Below, in pieces: positions 58,241-64,000 of a stretch of DNA of 64,000 bases. Within the stretch, counting starts at the first letter, position 1, and each line of letters begins with the position of its first letter. The stretch spans positions 21,969-85,968 of the forward strand of contig CABYTP010000004.1 in the NCBI GenBank assembly GCA_902521955.1. Reading direction: 5' to 3'. The notes beneath the pieces are model-generated. The model saw only the letters and a program-made list of their open reading frames with translations, searched no databases and was not told where the DNA came from. The position numbers were made by a program, and so were the translations under genes. This DNA comes from an uncultured Candidatus Actinomarina sp. Lineage in GTDB: Bacteria > Actinomycetota > Acidimicrobiia > Actinomarinales > Actinomarinaceae.

Positions 58241-59239
58241 ATGTTAGATCATGTTCTTAATTTAGGTAATCAGCTAAGTTCAGACTTAGTCAAATCTGAC
58301 AATTTTCCTAAATTTAATTATGATCGGATTTTAGTTGTTGGCATGGGTGGATCTGGTGTTGCAGGCGACGTCCTTAAGTTGATTTTAAATAAGTATTCAC
58401 CTTTAGATATTGAAGTTCACAAAACATACAACATTACAAAAAATCATATAGAAAATAAGCCACTTTGTCTATTCATATCTTACTCTGGAAATACTGAAGA
58501 AACAGTAAGTGCATTAGAGGATGCTATAAAAGGAGATCTAGAATGGTGTGTTATTTCTAGTGGCGGGACCTTATTGGAAATGGCCAAAGAAAATAGTAAG
58601 CCTTATATTGAAGTTCCTTCAGGTCTTCAACCTAGAGCAGCCTTTGGATTAATGACTAAAGCAGTAGCTAGCTTCATTCCAGAATCTTTAGGAGTAAATG
58701 TTGAACAAAATTGTAATGATTCTAGTGTTTATTTAAATGAATTACTTGATAATGAATCTGAAAATAAAATTATCAAAAAAGCTAAAGAAATAGCAAACAA
58801 TATAGGTAATAAGACTGTCATTATTTATGGAGGTACTCAATTAAGCTATCTAGCCTCTCAACGATGGAAAACGCAAATTAATGAAAATGCTAAATCTAAA
58901 TCTTATGTTGGATATATGCCAGAAATTCATCACAATGAAATTTTGTCTTGGGAAGCAAATAAAGATGGATCTAAAAATAATTTTCATTTAATTTTCCTAA
59001 GAGACCAAAATGAACATCCAAAAATTAAAAATAGATTTGAGTTCACTAAAGAAATTATTCCCAAAGGAATTGAGATAACTGAAATTGAAAATATTAAGTC
59101 AGACAATTTAATTAAAGAATTATTTCATCTAGTCTTAATAGGTGATTTGATTAGTGTTTTTATGGCTGACAATTTAAATGTTGATCCATACGATATTGAT
59201 TCAATTGAAAATCTAAAAAATATGTTAAAGGAGAAATAG
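58241..59239 (+). CDS. bifunctional phosphoglucose/phosphomannose isomerase (SIS-domain, PGI/PMI family)
   Basis: 332 aa. SIS fold (ILVVGMGGSGVAGD and a second SIS half). Size and layout match the bifunctional PGI/PMI family. Confidence 0.65.
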   Translation: MLDHVLNLGNQLSSDLVKSDNFPKFNYDRILVVGMGGSGVAGDVLKLILNKYSPLDIEVHKTYNITKNHIENKPLCLFISYSGNTEETVSALEDAIKGDLEWCVISSGGTLLEMAKENSKPYIEVPSGLQPRAAFGLMTKAVASFIPESLGVNVEQNCNDSSVYLNELLDNESENKIIKKAKEIANNIGNKTVIIYGGTQLSYLASQRWKTQINENAKSKSYVGYMPEIHHNEILSWEANKDGSKNNFHLIFLRDQNEHPKIKNRFEFTKEIIPKGIEITEIENIKSDNLIKELFHLVLIGDLISVFMADNLNVDPYDIDSIENLKNMLKEK

Positions 59240-60483
59240 TGTCATCAATTAAAGATTCAAACTTAGCTTCTAAGGGTGCTGAAGAAATAAATTGGGCAAC
59301 TAGACAAATGCAAGTCCTCGAAGAAATTAGTAATGAGTTTGCATCATCAAAACCATTAGATGGGTTAAATATTGGGGCATGTATGCATGTTACAAAAGAG
59401 ACTGCAAATTTGATGATGGCTTTAAAATCCGCTGGAGCAAAGGTTGCATTATGTGCATCAAATCCATTATCAACAAATGACTCAGTAGCTGCTTATTTAG
59501 CTGAGAACGATATTGAGGTTCATGCAATAAGAGGGGTTTCAAATGATGAGTTTTTTAAACATTTAAATTTAGTTTTAGATACAAACCCAGATATTACTAT
59601 GGATGATGGTGCAGATCTAGTTACACTTTTACATACGGATAGATCAGATATATCAGTTCTCGGTTCAATGGAAGAAACTACAACTGGTGTAATTCGCTTA
59701 AAGTCAATGGAAAAAAATAACAAACTAAGATTTCCTGTTGTCGCTGTAAACGACTCTGACACTAAACATTTATTTGATAACAGATTTGGAACTGGTCAGA
59801 GCTCAATGGATGGAGTTGTTCGAGCAACTGATTTGTTAATTGCAGGTTTAAACGTTGTAGTTTTTGGATTTGGAGATTGCGGAAAAGGTGTTGCAGAAAG
59901 AGCATATGGAATGGGAGCAAAAGTTACAGTTGTTGAACCAGATTCAGTAAGAGCTTTAGAAGCACTTATGCATGGGTATGAAGTAAAGAACAGCTTAGAA
60001 GCATCCAAGATAGCTGACGTAATTATCACCGTTACTGGAAATAAGCATGTTCTGGACACTCAACATTTTGATCTTATGAAAACAGGTGTAGTGCTTGCAA
60101 ATGCAGGGCATTTTGATGTTGAAATAAACTTGGTTGAATTAAAAAATCAATCAAGTGAAGTTAACAGAGTAAGAGACCATGTTGAAAGCTATATGTATAA
60201 AGAAAAAGAGATTCTTGTATTAGGAGAAGGTAGGCTTGTGAACCTTACTGTAGCAACAGGTCATCCAGCCTCTGTTATGGATATGTCTTTTGCAAATCAA
60301 GCCCTAGCTGCTGAATGGATTAAAGAAAATTATAAAAACTTAGAATCTAAAGTTTACACATTACCAAAATCAGTAGATCAAAAAATAGCAGCAACTAAAT
60401 TAAAGCTAATGGGTGGTCAGTTAGAAATTCTATCTGATGACCAGCTTAACTATTTAGATTCCTGGGAGTTTGGCACAAGTTAA
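59239..60483 (+). CDS. ahcY: adenosylhomocysteinase
   Basis: NAD site GFGDCGKGVAERA and conserved HVTKETANLM. 414 aa. GTG start with SD AAGGAG 8 nt upstream. Confidence 0.9.
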   Translation: MSSIKDSNLASKGAEEINWATRQMQVLEEISNEFASSKPLDGLNIGACMHVTKETANLMMALKSAGAKVALCASNPLSTNDSVAAYLAENDIEVHAIRGVSNDEFFKHLNLVLDTNPDITMDDGADLVTLLHTDRSDISVLGSMEETTTGVIRLKSMEKNNKLRFPVVAVNDSDTKHLFDNRFGTGQSSMDGVVRATDLLIAGLNVVVFGFGDCGKGVAERAYGMGAKVTVVEPDSVRALEALMHGYEVKNSLEASKIADVIITVTGNKHVLDTQHFDLMKTGVVLANAGHFDVEINLVELKNQSSEVNRVRDHVESYMYKEKEILVLGEGRLVNLTVATGHPASVMDMSFANQALAAEWIKENYKNLESKVYTLPKSVDQKIAATKLKLMGGQLEILSDDQLNYLDSWEFGTS

Positions 60484-60485
60484 AT

Positions 60486-63080
60486 TTGAGTATATTTAAA
60501 AAAGTACTTTCAGTAGGTAGTGGGAAATTAACTTCTGAATTAAATAAAATTGTTGAAGAAATCAACAGCATAGAGTCCTCTATTGAGAAATTATCAGACG
60601 AAGAAATTAAAAGTGGATTTCTTGCATTGTCAGATAAAATTGATGGTACACCTCATAGTATTGAAGTTGAAGCTTTTGCTTTTGTTAGAGAAGCTGCAAA
60701 AAGGTCAATAGGTCAAAGGCATTATGACGTCCAGCTTTTTGGAGGATTAGTACTTCTTAGAAATAAAATCTCTGAAATGAAAACGGGTGAAGGTAAAACA
60801 CTCGTTTCAACCCTTCCTATTTCATTAATGGCGCTTTACAAAAAAGGAGTCCATGTTGTTACTGTTAATGAGTATCTTGCAAAAAGAGATGCTGAATGGA
60901 TGAGCCCTATTTATAACTTTCTGGGTCTTGATGTAGGACTAATCTATTCCAATCAAGAATATTCTGAAAAAATTAATGCTTACAAAAAAGATATTACGTA
61001 CGGAACTAATAACGAGTTTGGTTTTGATTACTTGCGGGACAATATGGCTGTAAATAGTGAACAACTTGTTCAGGGGGATTTATTTTATAGCGTCATTGAT
61101 GAAGTTGACTCAATACTTGTTGATGAGGCTAGAACACCTTTAATTATCTCTGGAAAGGTCGACGACTCAACAAAATGGTATTCAGAGTTTACAAAAATTG
61201 TAAAAGGAATGAAAAATGATATTCATTATGAAATTGATGAAGCAAAAAAACAAGTACATCCAACAGAAGTAGGGGTTGAGTTTGTTGAGGCGAGGCTTGG
61301 AATTACAAATTTGTATGAAAATACACAAACAAATTTTATTCATTATCTAACTGCGTGCTTAAGGGCTAAAACAATTTTTACAAAGGACGTCGATTATATT
61401 GTCTCTAATGGCCAGATCAATATTGTTGATGAATTTACTGGTCGAGTTCTAGAGGGTAGGCGGTATTCTGATGGCCTACACCAAGCTTTAGAAGCAAAAG
61501 AGAATGTAAGAATACAAGACGAGAACCAGACTTTAGCTTCCATCACATATCAGAATTACTTCAGAATGTATGAGAATCTTGCAGGGATGACTGGTACCGC
61601 TAAAACAGAAGAGGAAGAGTTGATTCAAATTTATAACCTTGAAGTAATTGAAATTCCTACAAATGTACCCATTCAGCGCATGGATCAACAAGATGCTGTT
61701 TACAAAACAAATGATGCAAAACTAAATGCTGTCATTCAAGATATTGATGATAGGAACAAAAAAGGCCAGCCGATCTTACTTGGAACGGTTTCGGTAGAAG
61801 CATCAGAAGAGGTATCTAGAAAATTAACATCCAAAGGTATTGTTCACAATGTATTAAATGCTAAAAATCATGAACAAGAGGCAAACATTATTGCACAAGC
61901 GGGAAAATTAGGCGCAGTAACTGTTGCAACGAATATGGCGGGTAGAGGTGTAGATATTAAATTAGGTGGAAATCCGGAAGAGATGGCATTACAGCAACAA
62001 ATTATTGAAAATAAATTAGATGATGAAAATTATCTTGAGCAAAAGATTAAAGAACTTGATAAACAAGTTGAAGTAGAAAAACAAGAGGTTTTAGACCTTG
62101 GTGGATTATACGTTTTAGGAACCGAGAGGCATGACTCAAGAAGAATTGACAATCAGCTCAGAGGAAGGTCTGGACGTCAGGGAGATCCTGGTGAATCAAG
62201 ATTTTATATTTCTCTTCAAGATGACTTAATGAGAAGATTCCAAGGTGAAAGAATTGAATCAATTATGAATAAATTAAATTTACCTGATGAGGAAAGAATT
62301 GAACAATCTATGGTCACAAAAAGCATTGAAAGAGCTCAAGCTCAAGTAGAGTCTTTAAATTTTGAAATTAGAAAGAATGTTCTAAAATTTGATCAAGTTC
62401 TTAATCAACAGAGAGAAGTTATTTACAAATGGAGAAGAGAACTTCTAAGGTCTGAAAGTATTGAAGACTTGATTATTGAATGGTTTAATGATGTAGCTCA
62501 AGTTATAGACTCAAATATTGAGTCTTATAAGCGTAACTATGAAACCATTGAACAATTTGAACAGTTGGTTTCCGATGAGCTTAGTGATCTACTAAGCGAT
62601 ACAGTCAAAAAGGAATTTCTCAATAAACTAGAAATAAATGACAGTCTAGATACTGTTGATAATCTTTTTCTATTGTTCGAAAAAAACAAGTCAAAAGACG
62701 AGGAAAATTTTTGGAAACTTGCACGAGGATCGTCACTGTCTTTTATAGATCAAGCTTGGAAAGATCACTTATCTGAAATGGATTATCTAAGATCAGGTAT
62801 CGGATTAAGAGCTATGGGTCAAAGAGATCCCCTTGTGGAATATCAAAATGAGGGCTATCAGTTATTTGAGGATTTAATAAATAATGTAAAATTTTCAGTA
62901 ATCAGGTTACTTATGAATTTTGATACTACTTTAATTACACAAAGCACAAAAAAAGTCGATAAAGTTAAGACTATTGAGACTAGCTCTGATAAGGTTGGTA
63001 GAAATGACCCTTGCTATTGTGGTTCAGGTATAAAATATAAAAAATGTGGAATGGTAGATAAATGTATAAAGAAATCTTAA
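60486..63080 (+). CDS. secA: preprotein translocase ATPase SecA
   Basis: DEAD motor (TGEGKT, DEVD), preprotein cross-linking domain, C-terminal zinc finger CYCGSGIKYKKC. TTG start. Confidence 0.95.
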   Translation: MSIFKKVLSVGSGKLTSELNKIVEEINSIESSIEKLSDEEIKSGFLALSDKIDGTPHSIEVEAFAFVREAAKRSIGQRHYDVQLFGGLVLLRNKISEMKTGEGKTLVSTLPISLMALYKKGVHVVTVNEYLAKRDAEWMSPIYNFLGLDVGLIYSNQEYSEKINAYKKDITYGTNNEFGFDYLRDNMAVNSEQLVQGDLFYSVIDEVDSILVDEARTPLIISGKVDDSTKWYSEFTKIVKGMKNDIHYEIDEAKKQVHPTEVGVEFVEARLGITNLYENTQTNFIHYLTACLRAKTIFTKDVDYIVSNGQINIVDEFTGRVLEGRRYSDGLHQALEAKENVRIQDENQTLASITYQNYFRMYENLAGMTGTAKTEEEELIQIYNLEVIEIPTNVPIQRMDQQDAVYKTNDAKLNAVIQDIDDRNKKGQPILLGTVSVEASEEVSRKLTSKGIVHNVLNAKNHEQEANIIAQAGKLGAVTVATNMAGRGVDIKLGGNPEEMALQQQIIENKLDDENYLEQKIKELDKQVEVEKQEVLDLGGLYVLGTERHDSRRIDNQLRGRSGRQGDPGESRFYISLQDDLMRRFQGERIESIMNKLNLPDEERIEQSMVTKSIERAQAQVESLNFEIRKNVLKFDQVLNQQREVIYKWRRELLRSESIEDLIIEWFNDVAQVIDSNIESYKRNYETIEQFEQLVSDELSDLLSDTVKKEFLNKLEINDSLDTVDNLFLLFEKNKSKDEENFWKLARGSSLSFIDQAWKDHLSEMDYLRSGIGLRAMGQRDPLVEYQNEGYQLFEDLINNVKFSVIRLLMNFDTTLITQSTKKVDKVKTIETSSDKVGRNDPCYCGSGIKYKKCGMVDKCIKKS

Positions 63081-64000
63081 GCAAAATTACATCCTTTAAT
63101 GAACGCTTGGTTTCTGCCAAGGAGTATCTTTGACTTTGAAAACAAAGTTAAAAAATTACAAGACTTAAATACAGAAATTAATAAAAAAGATTTCTGGGAC
63201 AATACACAAAGAGCACAAAAAATATCGATAGAAGCTTCTTCTGTTGAAAAACTCATTAATACACTTAACAGTCTTGAAACAGAGCTTCAGGAATTCAATG
63301 AATTGGTAAACCTAGTTGATGACGAAGAATTAGACACAGATGAATACTCAAAAGAGATTGTGAGGTTCGAAGAGCAAATCGAAGAGATAGAAGATGAAGC
63401 CTTATATTTTGGAGAATATGATGACCTCAGCGCAGTCATTTCTATTAATGCTGGAGCAGGAGGTGTTGATGCTCATGATTGGGCTGAGATGTTAATGAGA
63501 ATGTATACTAGGCACCTTTCTGACAAAAATATGGATTATGAAATTGAAGAAATTTCCCAAGGTGAAGAGGCTGGCATCAAGTCAGCTTCAATAAGGGTTG
63601 ATTCTTTTAGGGCTTATGCCAACTTAGAAAGTGAACGAGGTGTTCATAGGCTAGTTCGCATAAGTCCATTTGATAGTAACAAGCGAAGACATACTAGTTT
63701 TGCTGGAGTTGATGTAATTCCTTTAATCGAACATAATGATGAAATTAATATACAAGACGATGAGATAAGGGTTGATGTATATAGGTCTTCTGGTGCAGGA
63801 GGTCAACACGTTAACACAACGGATTCAGCAGTACGGATCACTCATCTGGAAACAGGTATTGTGGTAGCATGCCAAGCAGAAAGATCTCAATTGCAAAATA
63901 AAACAAGAGCTTTGGAACTTCTAAAGACAAAGCTGATTTTAAAAAAGCGAGAAGACGACCTTGAAAAATTAAATGATATTAGGGGAGACCAACACGAAGC
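63062..64000 (+). CDS. prfB: peptide chain release factor 2, 3'-partial, with a +1 programmed frameshift at codon 24
   Basis: Frame 0 reads MYKEILSKITSFNERLVSAKEYL, ending at in-frame TGA 63131-63133. Frame +1 continues from 63132 as DFENKVKKLQDLN... and later SGAGGQHVNTTDSAVRITH, the GGQ motif. The ATG overlaps the last 19 nt of secA. Confidence 0.85.
63119..63134 (+). promoter_or_regulatory. RF2 autoregulatory +1 frameshift site: SD-like AAGGAG, then UAU CUU UGA C
   Basis: The sequence aaggagtatctttgac read directly. It matches the canonical prfB shifty site: an internal Shine-Dalgarno, 3 nt, then CUU UGA C. Confidence 0.85.

Noticed and set aside
1-64000. Scan for CRISPR arrays, tandem repeats, tRNA or rRNA genes, and integrase, transposase or phage genes.
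   Set aside because: I found no direct-repeat/spacer periodicity and no T-loop-like GTTCGAATC-type tRNA signature in any intergenic gap. The largest gap is 254 bp. No recombinase-like ORFs were seen. The window appears to be entirely chromosomal core and accessory metabolism.

Overview
This is a gene-dense, visibly AT-rich bacterial chromosome segment of about 58 protein-coding genes, many with 4-25 nt overlaps. I found no rRNA, tRNA, CRISPR array, transposase or integrase.

Gene content and order suggest a streamlined actinobacterium. The supporting signs are: a pyrR-pyrB-pyrC-carA-carB-pyrF operon; F420 genes cofD/cofE (fbiA/fbiB) next to a phosphomannomutase, phosphomannose isomerase, adenosylhomocysteinase and secA neighbourhood; a class-A penicillin-binding protein (PBP1A) with PASTA repeats; and a suf operon carrying a Rieske gene.

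Most of the window is core metabolism:
- a heterodimeric ABC exporter pair
- Fe-S assembly split across two loci: sufB-sufD-Rieske-sufC, and 16 kb away sufC-sufS-sufE
- fumC and rpiB
- a 13-kb minus-strand block joining a BMP-type nucleoside ABC importer to the pyrimidine operon
- gpt and an acyl-CoA dehydrogenase
- a 2-oxoacid dehydrogenase operon (lpd, fused E1 alpha/beta, E2, fused LipB-LipA)
- transketolase, leucyl aminopeptidase, PBP1A, prpC/prpD-like genes
- secA followed by prfB with its +1 frameshift

Features beyond the core set:
- a 5'-partial gene fusing a PNPOx-like split-barrel domain to a MenA-like prenyltransferase
- an orphan SPPY-type DNA methyltransferase
- unusually small PyrD-like and PyrE-like genes at the end of the pyr operon
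- a 989-aa secreted SpoIID/LytB protein with five peptidoglycan-binding repeats
- a predicted polyprenyl-phosphate-sugar glycosylation module, the strongest candidate for a lineage-specific, undescribed system. It comprises a zinc-ribbon mini-protein, a polytopic GT-C-like membrane protein, a GtrA-like flippase and a GT2 synthase. Sugar-activation genes flank it, and it lies between cofD/cofE and pmm.
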